Source of the DNA: Bacteroides sp.
Lineage (GTDB): Bacteria > Bacteroidota > Bacteroidia > Bacteroidales > GCA-2748055
Assembly: GCA_011056635.1 (NCBI GenBank)
Contig: DSEO01000261.1
Location: 1 to 59,255, forward strand
DNA: 59,255 bases
Direction of reading: 5' to 3'
Made by a program: the position numbers and the translations under genes. The notes under the pieces are model-generated. The model did not search any database and was not told the origin of the DNA. It saw only the letters and a list, made by a program, of their open reading frames with translations. This document shows, one piece after another, positions 31,227 through 41,316 of the stretch (position 1 is the stretch's first letter; each line of letters begins with the position of its first letter).

Positions 31227-32954
31227 TCAATGATCAAAATCGAGATTGAACCTGGATTTAAACTGTCCCAGCTCCGGATTTTTCTGCATCAGGAAATCAA
31301 GTTTATCCTGGTCCGTATAGATCTTCTTGCCGTTCTGTTCGTTATCCGGGACTTCCGCAAAGATTTCCAGTGCGGACAGGCCCGTCGTATCCTGGATAAA
31401 CTTTACCAGACGCGGTTTGATATTCTTTACGAAATTATCCCTTTGTGCTTCCGTGTTGAGCCGGACCATCACACTGCCGTCTGCTTTGACAACCGGTCTG
31501 CCGGACTTCAGCGTGCTGAATATTCTGGGACGGCTCTTCTCGATGGTGGCAGCGTAGTCGTCCCATGCTTTCAGGATCTGATCCGGTTCAACCGGTACTG
31601 CACAGGCCTCAACCGACGGAACCTCGTTCTGTCCTGCTGGATCCGTCACATCCGCTGTATCCTGTCCCGGTAAGCGGCCCCTGAGGCTTTCTTTGATGGA
31701 AATGGACGGTTTCCTGATGATCCTGCCGGCACCATTGGAAATGTCAGCGGCCTGAGGTTTCCCTGATGACAGGGGTTCGCCGGGAGCTTCCGGCTTGCCG
31801 GACGGCAGATTATCTGCCTGTGTTTCCTGTCCCCCGGAGGGCACTACTTTTTTTTTTGCATCAGACTGGAGGTTGGCCAGCCTGACCAGCGCAAGCTCGA
31901 TGGTCAGCCGCTGGTTCCTGCTTGTACGGAATTGTAAATCGGCCTGGTTGCAGATCTCCAGTGCCTCATAGATGAACGAAAGCGGAATTCCGGCTGACCC
32001 GGCCAGGTACTTTTCCCGGATCCCGGCACCCACCTCCATGAGCTGTACTGTCTCCGCGTCCTTACAGACCATCAGGTCGCGCAGGTGTGCGGCGAACCCG
32101 TTGATGAAATTCCGTGCGTCAAATCCCCTGGCCAGTATGTCATCAAAAATCAGGAGCGCGTTGGAGATATCCCGGTCGAGCAAAGCGGCAGTAAGCCTGA
32201 AATAATATTCATAATCCAGGATATTCAGATTGGTGATCACATCCCGGTAGGTGATATCCCCTCCCGAGAAACTCACCACCTGGTCAAATATGGAGAGCGC
32301 GTCCCGCATGGCCCCGTCGGCCTTCTGTGCGATCACATGCAATGCATCCTCTTCATAACTGATCTTCTCCTGTCCGGCAATCTGCTTCAGGTATTCCACG
32401 ATATCTTCAATTTTGATCCGGTTGAAGTCGAAGATCTGACAGCGCGAGAGAATGGTGGGAAGGATCTTGTGTTTCTCGGTGGTGGCCAGGATGAATATGG
32501 CGTGCCTGGGAGGCTCCTCCAGGGTTTTCAGAAATGCATTGAAAGCGGACTGGGACAGCATGTGCACCTCATCGATGATGTAGATGCTGTAGGACCCGAT
32601 CTGTGGCGGGATCCGCACCTGTTCGGTGAGTGTCCGGATATCGTCCACCGAATTGTTGGAAGCCGCATCCAGCTCATGGATGCTGTAGGAGCGGTTCTCG
32701 TTGAATGACCGGCAGGATTCACAACTGTTACATGCTTCCCCGGAATCTGTGATCCGGGAACAGTTGATCGTTTTGGCAAAGATGCGCGCACAGGTGGTTT
32801 TACCCACGCCCCGGGGACCGCTGAATAAATATGCATGACCCAGGTGGTTGTTGTGTATGGAATTTTTCAGCGTGGTGGTGATGGAATGCTGTCCGATCAC
32901 ATCACTGAAACTGTCGGGTCTGTATTTGCGGGCTGAAACAATATATGTATCCAT
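31227..32954 (-). CDS. dnaX: DNA polymerase III subunit gamma/tau
   Basis: ARKYRP, GPRGVGKTT, DAASNN, IIDEVHML, SRC, MRDALS. Internal A10 run at 31848-31857. Confidence 0.97.
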   Translation of the reverse strand: MDTYIVSARKYRPDSFSDVIGQHSITTTLKNSIHNNHLGHAYLFSGPRGVGKTTCARIFAKTINCSRITDSGEACNSCESCRSFNENRSYSIHELDAASNNSVDDIRTLTEQVRIPPQIGSYSIYIIDEVHMLSQSAFNAFLKTLEEPPRHAIFILATTEKHKILPTILSRCQIFDFNRIKIEDIVEYLKQIAGQEKISYEEDALHVIAQKADGAMRDALSIFDQVVSFSGGDITYRDVITNLNILDYEYYFRLTAALLDRDISNALLIFDDILARGFDARNFINGFAAHLRDLMVCKDAETVQLMEVGAGIREKYLAGSAGIPLSFIYEALEICNQADLQFRTSRNQRLTIELALVRLANLQSDAKKKVVPSGGQETQADNLPSGKPEAPGEPLSSGKPQAADISNGAGRIIRKPSISIKESLRGRLPGQDTADVTDPAGQNEVPSVEACAVPVEPDQILKAWDDYAATIEKSRPRIFSTLKSGRPVVKADGSVMVRLNTEAQRDNFVKNIKPRLVKFIQDTTGLSALEIFAEVPDNEQNGKKIYTDQDKLDFLMQKNPELGQFKSRFNLDFDH

Positions 32955-33040
32955 GCGTTCTCGGAAATTCGAGTCTAAAGATAGAAACTTAGCGACAAAG
33001 ATGAAAGTGATCGGATGCCGGATAAAAAAAGCGCGCTTTC

Positions 33041-33071
33041 TTTGCCGTTATTCAAAAACTTCCTACTTTTG
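33041..33071 (+). promoter_or_regulatory. Sigma-A promoter TTTG-N19-TACTTTTG for rpsF operon
   Basis: Full Bacteroidota consensus -33/-7. Confidence 0.75.
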
Positions 33072-33103
33072 CAGTCAATTTTTTAACAACTTAATTATTA
33101 ACC

Positions 33104-33460
33104 ATGTTGAATCAATACGAGACCGTTTTCATTGCAACTCCCGTTTTGTCTGAAAACCAGATGAAGGAAGCGGTAAGCAAATTCAAAAAGATCATCACCG
33201 ACGAACAGGGTGAGATCGTATATGAAGAAGACTGGGGCCTGAAGAAACTGGCCTATCCCATTCAGAAAAAGTCCACCGGTTTTTACCACCTGATCGAGTT
33301 CAGGGCTGAACCAGGCGTCATCGCGAAACTGGAGACCGAATACCGGCGAGATGAACGGATCATCCGGTTCCTCACGATGAAAATGGAGAAATATGCAGTG
33401 GCATACAGCGAGAAAAAGCGGGCAAGGAAATCAGCAGAACAAAAACAGGAGACTGAATAA
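33104..33460 (+). CDS. rpsF: 30S ribosomal protein S6
   Basis: [24 protein letters not shown]. Confidence 0.97.
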   Translation: MLNQYETVFIATPVLSENQMKEAVSKFKKIITDEQGEIVYEEDWGLKKLAYPIQKKSTGFYHLIEFRAEPGVIAKLETEYRRDERIIRFLTMKMEKYAVAYSEKKRARKSAEQKQETE

Positions 33461-33729
33461 TGGCACAGGATAATTCAGAAATCAGGTATTTAACACCTCC
33501 GACAGTTGAGATCAAGAAGAAAAAATACTGCCGGTTCAGAAAAAACAGGATCAGGTACATTGATTATAAAGATCCCGAATTCCTCAAAAAATTCCTGAAT
33601 GAACAGGGAAAGATTCTTCCCCGGCGGCTGACAGGTACCTCTTTGAAATACCAGAGAAAGGTGGCTGTGGCCATCAAAAGGGCCAGGCATCTGGCACTGT
33701 TGCCCTATGTCACCGATATGCTAAAATAA
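33460..33729 (+). CDS. rpsR: 30S ribosomal protein S18
   Basis: [28 protein letters not shown]. Confidence 0.98.
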   Translation: MAQDNSEIRYLTPPTVEIKKKKYCRFRKNRIRYIDYKDPEFLKKFLNEQGKILPRRLTGTSLKYQRKVAVAIKRARHLALLPYVTDMLK

Positions 33730-33745
33730 AAAGGAGAATTCGGAA

Positions 33746-34192
33746 ATGAATGTAATCTTAAGACAGGATATACCCAACCTTGGCCACAAGGATGATATCG
33801 TTGCAGTAAAGGATGGATATGCGAGGAATTATCTGATTCCGCAGGGATTTGCGATCAATGCCACCAGTGAAGCAACAAAAGTGCACGAAGAGATTCTCCG
33901 CCAGCGCGCCCACAAGGAGCAACAGCTGAAGGAAGCTGCACTGAAGATGGCAGAAGAACTGAAAAATGTATCACTGACCATCGGCGCCAAAACCAGCACC
34001 AAAGGAAAGATCTTCGGTTCGGTAAATACCATCCAGATCGCTGAGGCGCTCAAAGAAAAGGGATTTGATGTGGAAAGAAAGAACATCTCCATCAAGGATG
34101 ATCTGATCAAGGAGGTCGGAAATTACTCGGCCACCGTCAAACTCCACAAGGAAGTCCGCGTGGATATTCCCTTCGAGATCGTTTCGGAATAA
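33746..34192 (+). CDS. rplI: 50S ribosomal protein L9
   Basis: VKDGYARNYLIPQG, GKIFGSV. Confidence 0.98.
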   Translation: MNVILRQDIPNLGHKDDIVAVKDGYARNYLIPQGFAINATSEATKVHEEILRQRAHKEQQLKEAALKMAEELKNVSLTIGAKTSTKGKIFGSVNTIQIAEALKEKGFDVERKNISIKDDLIKEVGNYSATVKLHKEVRVDIPFEIVSE

Positions 34193-34196
34193 GGAT

Positions 34197-34219
34197 TCCG
34201 CCTGACGGAACCGGGCGGA
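34197..34219. terminator. Hairpin between convergent rplI and ridA
   Basis: TCCGCCTG/CGGGCGGA stem with no clear U-tract. Confidence 0.4.
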
Positions 34220-34225
34220 GAGACC

Positions 34226-34603
34226 TTACTTCACAGCAACGGATTCGATCTCCACCAATGCCCCCAGCGGCAGCGACTTCACCGCAAAAGCAGCTCTTGC
34301 CGGCTGGTTCTCCTTGTAATAACGGGCGTACACTTCATTCATGGCCCCGAAATCGTCCATGGTGGAAAGAAGACATGTGGATTTCACCACATCCTCAAAT
34401 CCGTATCCTGCTGCCTCCAGGATGGCTCCGATGTTCTTCATCACCTGCTCGGTCTGCTCCCGGATGCCTCCCCCGGCCATTTTGCCGGACTCCGGGTTCA
34501 CGGGCACCTGTCCGGATATGAAGAGTGTCCCGTTCACTTCTACTGCCTGGGAATACGGTCCCACCGGTACGGGTGCTTTCCTTGTTTCAATGATCTTTTT
34601 CAT
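34226..34603 (-). CDS. ridA: RidA (YjgF/UK114) enamine/imine deaminase
   Basis: GPYSQA, ISGQ, MNEVY, PARAA, LPLGALVEIE. Confidence 0.93.
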   Translation of the reverse strand: MKKIIETRKAPVPVGPYSQAVEVNGTLFISGQVPVNPESGKMAGGGIREQTEQVMKNIGAILEAAGYGFEDVVKSTCLLSTMDDFGAMNEVYARYYKENQPARAAFAVKSLPLGALVEIESVAVK

Positions 34604-34614
34604 AAGGTGTTTGT

Positions 34615-37311
34615 TTAAAAGTTATCCTGCCAGGACTTCCGTTTGTTGTATTTCAGATCCGACAGGATCGTTGATTTTGCATTGATCTGGAAATTGTATG
34701 ATTTGTAGTTGCCGAAGGGGACTACCGACATCCGCATCTCCCAGCAATGCAGGTCCCGGTATATACTCAAATTGGTGGTGCTGAACTCCATTCTTTTCAG
34801 GTCATACCCCGTGTTGAACCCGATCTTCCATTTGGGTGTCAGACTGAAATCGCCCGTGACCCGCACGGTCTGCACCACGCTTGGCACATCCCTCGGCTTG
34901 GAGTAGCTGAAGCTGTAATCGACGCGGAGGGTCCAGGGAATATCAAAATCCACATAATCACCGTAATAATCATCGGCTGCCGGATCGTATTGCTCCATTT
35001 GATTGGCGCCGGCGGGACCGGAATCATTCAGCCGGGATCCTTCTTCCTCTCCGGATTCACGGCTGGCATTTGCAGACTTCTGGGAGTTCAGCGAAAATCC
35101 CATGGACATACTGGCATTGGTCAGCCTGACCGGTTTCCCGGTCTGGGAAAAATAGCTTTCCCTGGTGCGTGAGCGGGTTTCGTCATATCCGTAGGGATCC
35201 ATCACACCCCTGAATGACAGGGTCACCTTATTATTCAGGATCCGCGTGTTCCCATTGAAGCTGATGGGGCGCCATCTGGGAGAAAGGGTGTCGGTCTGAA
35301 AGAGGTTCATACCGGTACTGAAATTCAGGTTATCCAGTATCTTGACCTTTTCCAGTTCGTCCACCGTATCGTTGCGGGACCGCATCTTGGCTTCCACCGT
35401 GTTGCGCAGCGAAAGGCTGAGTGAACCGGAAGCCCCGTTAAATGTGGGCGTGCCGTAAATCTCCTTCTCGTATATGGAATAAACCTCGATGGTATCCATG
35501 TTCACCTCGTCGTACAACGCTCTGTAGTAATTGGCCTGGATCCCTGTGAGATCAGGCACATACGAAAAACTTGCCGAGGGGGTCATCACATGCCTGATGG
35601 TTTGAAGTCTCCCGTCACCTTTGAATTGGAACATGCCGTATATCTTTGGTGCAAGTCCCGCACTGAAACTGGGATACAGAGAATGGGCATAGGACAGTTT
35701 CCTGATGAGTGTATCCTGCACGATGGGTTTCAGGGTGATCTGTCCATCCACCTCGGTCTCCTGGTGCCCGGTGATCTGTTTGAAGGTTTGCCGGGTATAG
35801 ATCATTCCGCTGTAATTCATGGATGGGGTGAAGGTAAGACTCTGGAGCATGGGCAGTTTTCTGAAGGGCTTGATATTCAGACTCAGCGGTATGGAGTGCT
35901 TGTAGCCGTTGGTCATATCATTGAACACATCACCGGTGAACAGCAGAGAATCGTATGTGTTGACCCTGTTCTCAAGGATGCTGGTATAAGTGAGCTGGAT
36001 GTCCTCATACCACCGGTTCGGACCGGCACCCCGCTTCCTCTTGAACGGGGTGATCCTGCTCATATTCAATGATATCTTCGGCAGGGTCAGGCTCACCCCC
36101 TTTGTCCGGCTGTTCTGTGAATGATTCAGGGCGGCACTCAGATTAAAGGGACTGTTGGGCCAGGACTTGGTGTAGGAGATGCTGGACTGCTTGGTGTTGG
36201 TCATCACATTGTTGATGTTTCTTGTGTGGTTCCGGTCATACGATGAGCTGGAAAGGTTCACACTTGCCCTGAAGGAGCTTGTGGGATTGGCCCTGGAATC
36301 CTGACTGTGACTCCAGGTTACGGAGTAATCCCTGCTGACGCTGTACAATCCTTCAATATTCTTGTAACCGCTCACATTCTTGAAATACTGCACCCGCAGG
36401 TTACCGGAAAACCTGTAATTGAGCTTGTAATTGGTACCTACCCGCAGTCCCCATGTCCCGTTGGTATAGAGATCCCCCGTCATTCTCAAATCCATATAGT
36501 CGTTCATGGCAAAATAGTATCCCCCGTCTCTCAGATAAAAGCCCCTGCGCTGCTCTTCACCGTACTGGGGGATCAGGACCCCCGATGTCTTTGTCTTGGA
36601 ATTGGGAAAGAATCCAAAGGGAATTGCCAGTGGCAGCGGAACGTCCTCCAGCACGATATAGGCCGGACCGGCAATGATCTTGTCCCCCGGCATGGAGATC
36701 CCCTTGGTGATGGCTATGTAAAAATGGGGGTGTTCGGCATCACAGGTGGTGTACTTGCCATCCTTCAGGTGAATGTGTCCGCTGGTCTGCCTTTTGGTCT
36801 GCTCTGCGTGAAGATAACCTCCTTCCTGCTCGGTAATCACCTCTTCAATATATCCCTTTTGTGTCTTGAAGTTATATTTGAGCAATTTGGACTGAAAAGA
36901 ATTGTTCTTGTCCGTAAAATTGGGATTCCCGGTCACCACACCCGAGGAATCGGGGAGACCGTGGGCGATCACAAGGTTGTTGTCCATTTCATACCGTATA
37001 TAAGCCGCCTCCAGCACGATGTCCCCGTAGGTAATCCGGGCATCCCCGTACAGTTCTACAATGCCTGTATCCAGGGCAAACACGAGCGAATCAACGGCAT
37101 TGTATTTCACCTCCGCCTCAATATCGCCGCCCAGGGTCGCAGGGACGGGAATGGTGTCATGCGCCACGCTATCGGTAACCTGCCGGCCCACAGGTGCGGC
37201 AGGAATGCTGTCGCCCGCCAGGGAATCATCCGGCTCCTGTGCACGCAATAACGCAGTGACAGATGCAGTTAGTAAGATGATGAAAAGTATCTTTATACAG
37301 TCGTGGCGCAA
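34615..37311 (-). CDS. lptD: Putative LPS assembly protein LptD (Bacteroidota type)
   Basis: YTTCD..HPHFY, PFGFFP, GFYLRDGGYY, RDLHCWEM. Start uncertain; TTG 37311 chosen ahead of the signal peptide. Confidence 0.85.
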   Translation of the reverse strand: MRHDCIKILFIILLTASVTALLRAQEPDDSLAGDSIPAAPVGRQVTDSVAHDTIPVPATLGGDIEAEVKYNAVDSLVFALDTGIVELYGDARITYGDIVLEAAYIRYEMDNNLVIAHGLPDSSGVVTGNPNFTDKNNSFQSKLLKYNFKTQKGYIEEVITEQEGGYLHAEQTKRQTSGHIHLKDGKYTTCDAEHPHFYIAITKGISMPGDKIIAGPAYIVLEDVPLPLAIPFGFFPNSKTKTSGVLIPQYGEEQRRGFYLRDGGYYFAMNDYMDLRMTGDLYTNGTWGLRVGTNYKLNYRFSGNLRVQYFKNVSGYKNIEGLYSVSRDYSVTWSHSQDSRANPTSSFRASVNLSSSSYDRNHTRNINNVMTNTKQSSISYTKSWPNSPFNLSAALNHSQNSRTKGVSLTLPKISLNMSRITPFKRKRGAGPNRWYEDIQLTYTSILENRVNTYDSLLFTGDVFNDMTNGYKHSIPLSLNIKPFRKLPMLQSLTFTPSMNYSGMIYTRQTFKQITGHQETEVDGQITLKPIVQDTLIRKLSYAHSLYPSFSAGLAPKIYGMFQFKGDGRLQTIRHVMTPSASFSYVPDLTGIQANYYRALYDEVNMDTIEVYSIYEKEIYGTPTFNGASGSLSLSLRNTVEAKMRSRNDTVDELEKVKILDNLNFSTGMNLFQTDTLSPRWRPISFNGNTRILNNKVTLSFRGVMDPYGYDETRSRTRESYFSQTGKPVRLTNASMSMGFSLNSQKSANASRESGEEEGSRLNDSGPAGANQMEQYDPAADDYYGDYVDFDIPWTLRVDYSFSYSKPRDVPSVVQTVRVTGDFSLTPKWKIGFNTGYDLKRMEFSTTNLSIYRDLHCWEMRMSVVPFGNYKSYNFQINAKSTILSDLKYNKRKSWQDNF

Positions 37312-37398
37312 AATGAATAAACTTATATTTTTGTACCAGTTGCACAGCCAGCCACCAGGATGATGAATAATCAGGGATCTATGCGTCATACAAAGGTA

Positions 37399-38580
37399 AT
37401 GCCAATAAATATAAAACGGATCCATCGTATTATTCTTGTTTCAACATTATTGGCTTTTATTTTTTCTCCCCGTTCAGTGGGAAATGCCGATAATGAACCC
37501 AAACGGGGAATCCAGACCGTAGTGATCGATGCGGGGCACGGAGGAAAAGATCCGGGTGCGGTGGGTAAAATCGCCAGGGAGAAGGATCTCACCCTGAAGA
37601 TCGCACTCAAGGTGGGCCAGTACATCGAGGAAAACATGGAAGATGTGGAGGTAATCTATACCAGAAAGAGCGATGTCTCTGTGGAGCTCTGGAAGCGTGC
37701 TGAGATTGCCAACGAGGCAGAGGCCGACCTCTTCATCTCCATTCATGTCAATGCCCACCCCCGCACATCCGCCCGGGGAACGCTTACGCTTGTGCTGGGA
37801 CAGCACCGCGCCGATGAGAATTTTGACGTGGCTGTCCGGGAAAACTCCGTGATCCTGCTTGAGGACAACTACGAAACAATCTATGAGGGCTTTAACCCGG
37901 AATCAACCGAATCCTACATCATGTTCTCCCTGATGCAGAAGACCTATTTCAGGCAGAGTATCGAATTCGGATCCTTCGTACAAAATCAGTTCAGGGAACG
38001 TGCCAGAAGGAATGACCTTGGCGTACGGGAACAGGGAATACTCGTACTGGCCCAGACTTCCATGCCGGGAGTGCTCGTCGAGACCGGCTTCATCTCCAAT
38101 CCGGAAGAGGAGAAGTTCCTTATGTCAGATTACGGACAGGATATCATTGCATCTGCCATCTTCCGTGGATTCCGCGATTACAAGCGGGAAATTGAACGCC
38201 GGAGCCACTTTGAGCTGCTTGTGCGTGAAGATCAGGAAACGGTTTTTCAGGAAACGTACAGCGGAACACCGGGTGACCTGTCCCCGGAAGCATCCGCACA
38301 CCAGCCACTGCCCGGGGACCGGCTGGTTTTCGGGATCCAGGTAGCCTCAACCAAAAACAAAGTCCCCGCCGTACCCGCTTCTTTTAAGGGATATGAAAAT
38401 GTGATCGTCGTGGAGGACGGTAGATGGTATAAATACGTGGTTGGGTTTGAAACGGATTATGCTGAGGCTTTGAACAGGTGCTTGGCGGTAAAAGAAGATT
38501 TTCCCGATGCATTTGTGATTGCCCTGAAAAACGGAAAACCGGTTCCCATGAATGAAGCCATCCTGGAAATCAACCAGTAA
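37399..38580 (+). CDS. N-acetylmuramoyl-L-alanine amidase (Amidase_3) with C-terminal SPOR-like domain
   Basis: DAGHGGKDPG, EKD, FISIHVN, LVETGFISN. Alternative starts at 37360 and 37381. Confidence 0.93.
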   Translation: MPINIKRIHRIILVSTLLAFIFSPRSVGNADNEPKRGIQTVVIDAGHGGKDPGAVGKIAREKDLTLKIALKVGQYIEENMEDVEVIYTRKSDVSVELWKRAEIANEAEADLFISIHVNAHPRTSARGTLTLVLGQHRADENFDVAVRENSVILLEDNYETIYEGFNPESTESYIMFSLMQKTYFRQSIEFGSFVQNQFRERARRNDLGVREQGILVLAQTSMPGVLVETGFISNPEEEKFLMSDYGQDIIASAIFRGFRDYKREIERRSHFELLVREDQETVFQETYSGTPGDLSPEASAHQPLPGDRLVFGIQVASTKNKVPAVPASFKGYENVIVVEDGRWYKYVVGFETDYAEALNRCLAVKEDFPDAFVIALKNGKPVPMNEAILEINQ

Positions 38581-38585
38581 ATCCC

Positions 38586-39524
38586 ATGAAACTGCGCACA
38601 GAGGCGAAAATAGGAATGATCGGGGTGGCCACGCTCGCAGTCCTTATCTGGGGTATGAATTACCTGAAAGGAAAGAATGTACTCAGTAAGGGCTATACGG
38701 TATATGCGCTTTGCCAGCATGCCGGAGGCATGAGAGAAGATGCCCCTGTCATGATGAACGGAGTGAAAATTGGCTATGTGGATAAAATCGAGCTCCACCC
38801 CGGGGACCGACTCCCGGTAACCCTGATATTGCATATTGAAAAGAAATACGTTCCTCCTGCAGAATCCGTGGCAGAAATGTACAGTGCGGACCTGTTGGGG
38901 ACCAAAGCCATCCGGATCCGCACCTCGGGCAGCATGAACGGAACTGCCGCGGGCGATACGTTGCAAACCGCAGTGGTACCCGATCTGCTTTCCGGCCTGG
39001 AGGAAGGTATCGCACCGGTTCTGGAAGATATCGGCGCCCTGGCGCGTACGCTCGATTCCCTCGGTGAAACCCTGGAAGGTGTGATCGGCTCTGAAACAAC
39101 GAAACAGACCATTTCCCACCTTTCCTCCATATCCAGTTCCCTGAGCGCTTCACTGGAAGCGGGCGGTGCGCTTGAACTCACTTTCAGCAATCTGAAAGAC
39201 TTTTCTTCCATGCTCAAATCCAGGGAAGAAGAGGTGGGATCGCTGCTCGGCCACCTGAACTCCATCAGCGAATCTGCAGACAGCGCCGGGATCCGGGAAC
39301 TGACGGGAAATCTGACTTCTGCCGCGATACAACTCGACAGGCTTCTGGACCAGATCAATTCGGGAACTGGAAATGCGGGGCGGATGGTCTATTCAGACAC
39401 GCTCATGCGCAACCTGGAATCCCTCATATCGGACCTGGATCTGCTGGTCAGGGACCTGAGGGATCACCCGGAGGATTACGTGCAGGTCTCGCTGTTCGGC
39501 AGATCAAAAAAAGGACGGGACTGA
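38586..39524 (+). CDS. MlaD/MCE family protein
   Basis: EAKIG, N-terminal TM helix, NGVKIGYV, DLLGTKAI, helical C-terminus. Confidence 0.9.
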   Translation: MKLRTEAKIGMIGVATLAVLIWGMNYLKGKNVLSKGYTVYALCQHAGGMREDAPVMMNGVKIGYVDKIELHPGDRLPVTLILHIEKKYVPPAESVAEMYSADLLGTKAIRIRTSGSMNGTAAGDTLQTAVVPDLLSGLEEGIAPVLEDIGALARTLDSLGETLEGVIGSETTKQTISHLSSISSSLSASLEAGGALELTFSNLKDFSSMLKSREEEVGSLLGHLNSISESADSAGIRELTGNLTSAAIQLDRLLDQINSGTGNAGRMVYSDTLMRNLESLISDLDLLVRDLRDHPEDYVQVSLFGRSKKGRD

Positions 39525-39808
39525 TATTTTCCCGAATTACAAACCCTTGCTTTTTTGACCATACGCGGTTTTTTTTTGACCAATCTGGAATCCCCGAAAT
39601 TGGTAATTTTAAACCATGGATTGAATTGGGATTCCTAAAGGTTTAGATCACAATTTATTAAGATATTGTTCATAAAATATGTTCTTATTAAATTGATATT
39701 CAACAAATTAAAATTTTTTAATTTTTTTTCAACCTATAAACAGTTGACCCTAAAACCAATAGATTCTATACGGGAATTTCAAATGATTTTCAATTTTTTT
39801 TTTGCTTT

Positions 39809-39817
39809 TTTTTCACA
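39809..39817 (+). promoter_or_regulatory. DnaA box (TTTTTCACA) upstream of dnaA
   Basis: Matches TTWTNCACA and abuts a -7-like AACCTTTG. Confidence 0.45.
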
Positions 39818-39881
39818 ACCTTTGCTTAAGGGAATCCCATAAGCTTCATCATAGTAACCTTGAACTAAATTAACGTTTGCA

Positions 39882-41303
39882 ATGCATGAACGTGTCTGGA
39901 ACAATTGTTTGACCATTATCAAAGACAATGTCCCTTCCATCAGTTTTCGCACCTGGTTTGAACCGATTGTTCCCTTAAAACTTGACAATGATGTATTAAC
40001 CATTCAGGTTCCCAGTCCTTTTTTTTATGAATACCTGGAAGAACAGTATATCGATATACTTCGGAAAGTGATCAGGAAAGAGCTTGGTCCGGACGCCAAG
40101 CTGGAGTATAACGTGGTCATGCAAAACAATTCCTACAGCAACAATAAGCCCTATACCGTAAAATTCCCGGCCCGCAACAACAGGGAGATCAGAAACAGGC
40201 CGGTGACCGTTCCGCTCGATACCACAGAACAAACCATCAGAAATCCTTTCGTCATCCCCGGGTTGAAGAAACTGGATATTGACCCCAGGCTGAACCCGGA
40301 AAACTCATTCGAGAATTTCATTGAAGGAGAATGCAACCGGCTGGCCCGTTCCGCCGGGTATGCAGTGGCCAAGAATCCGGGAGGAACCGCCTTTAATCCG
40401 CTGCTGATCTACGGGGACAGCGGCCTGGGAAAGACGCACCTTGCCCAGGCGGTGGGGATCGAGGTGAAGGACCTGTTTCCCGAAAAGACCGTGCTGTACG
40501 TGAATGCCAATAAATTCCAGACCCAGTTTGTGGACGCCATCAGGAATAACAACAAGAATGATTTTCTTCATTTTTACCAGATGATCGACGTTTTGATCAT
40601 CGATGACGTGCATGAGTTTGCCGGCAAGGAAAAAACGCAGGATACCTTCTTCCATATTTTCAATCACCTCCATCAGAGCGGAAAACAGTTGATCCTCACA
40701 TCAGACAAACCCCCGGTGGAGCTGCAGGGAATGGAATCCAGGCTCCTGAGCAGGTTCAAATGGGGGCTTTCAGCCGATCTTCAGGCTCCGGACTTTGAGA
40801 CCAGGATGGCGATCCTGAAGAGAAAAACCTACAATGACGGGATCGAACTCCCCGAAGAGGTCCTGGAATATATCTCCACACACATATCCGACAACATCCG
40901 GGAACTGGAGGGGGCACTCATCTCTCTGCTTGCCCAGTCCACACTTAATAAAAAAGAGATCACCCTGGATCTGACCAAGGAGATGATCGATAAGCTCATC
41001 AAGAGCACCAAAAGAGAAATCTCCATTGATTACATTCAGAAAGTTGTCTGCAACTATTACAACATCGGCCTGGAACAGCTGCAGTCAAAAACCAGAAAAC
41101 GTGAGATTGTCCAGGCCAGGCAGGTGGCCATGTACTTTTCCAAGACGCTCACCAAATCTTCGCTGGCAACCATCGGTTCACAGATAGGCGGAAAGGACCA
41201 TGCCACGGTGTTGCATGCCTGCAAGACAGTGAACAACCTGATCGAAACGGATAAGCGGTTCAGGTTGCAGGTTGATGAAATCGAAAAGAAACTAAAGATG
41301 TAA
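39882..41303 (+). CDS. dnaA: Chromosomal replication initiator DnaA
   Basis: FNPLLIYGDSGLGKTHL, LIIDD, RLLSRF, NIRELEGAL, GGKDHATVLHA. Confidence 0.98.
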   Translation: MHERVWNNCLTIIKDNVPSISFRTWFEPIVPLKLDNDVLTIQVPSPFFYEYLEEQYIDILRKVIRKELGPDAKLEYNVVMQNNSYSNNKPYTVKFPARNNREIRNRPVTVPLDTTEQTIRNPFVIPGLKKLDIDPRLNPENSFENFIEGECNRLARSAGYAVAKNPGGTAFNPLLIYGDSGLGKTHLAQAVGIEVKDLFPEKTVLYVNANKFQTQFVDAIRNNNKNDFLHFYQMIDVLIIDDVHEFAGKEKTQDTFFHIFNHLHQSGKQLILTSDKPPVELQGMESRLLSRFKWGLSADLQAPDFETRMAILKRKTYNDGIELPEEVLEYISTHISDNIRELEGALISLLAQSTLNKKEITLDLTKEMIDKLIKSTKREISIDYIQKVVCNYYNIGLEQLQSKTRKREIVQARQVAMYFSKTLTKSSLATIGSQIGGKDHATVLHACKTVNNLIETDKRFRLQVDEIEKKLKM

Positions 41304-41316
41304 CCGCCGGGACTGA

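Noticed and set aside
31745-31815. Short duplicated peptide in the DnaX linker (LPSGKPEA / LSSGKPQA)
   Set aside because: Ordinary low-complexity linker variation.
39525-39881. Confident oriC call
   Set aside because: Only one consensus DnaA box is present, dnaN is not adjacent, and GC skew cannot be computed here.
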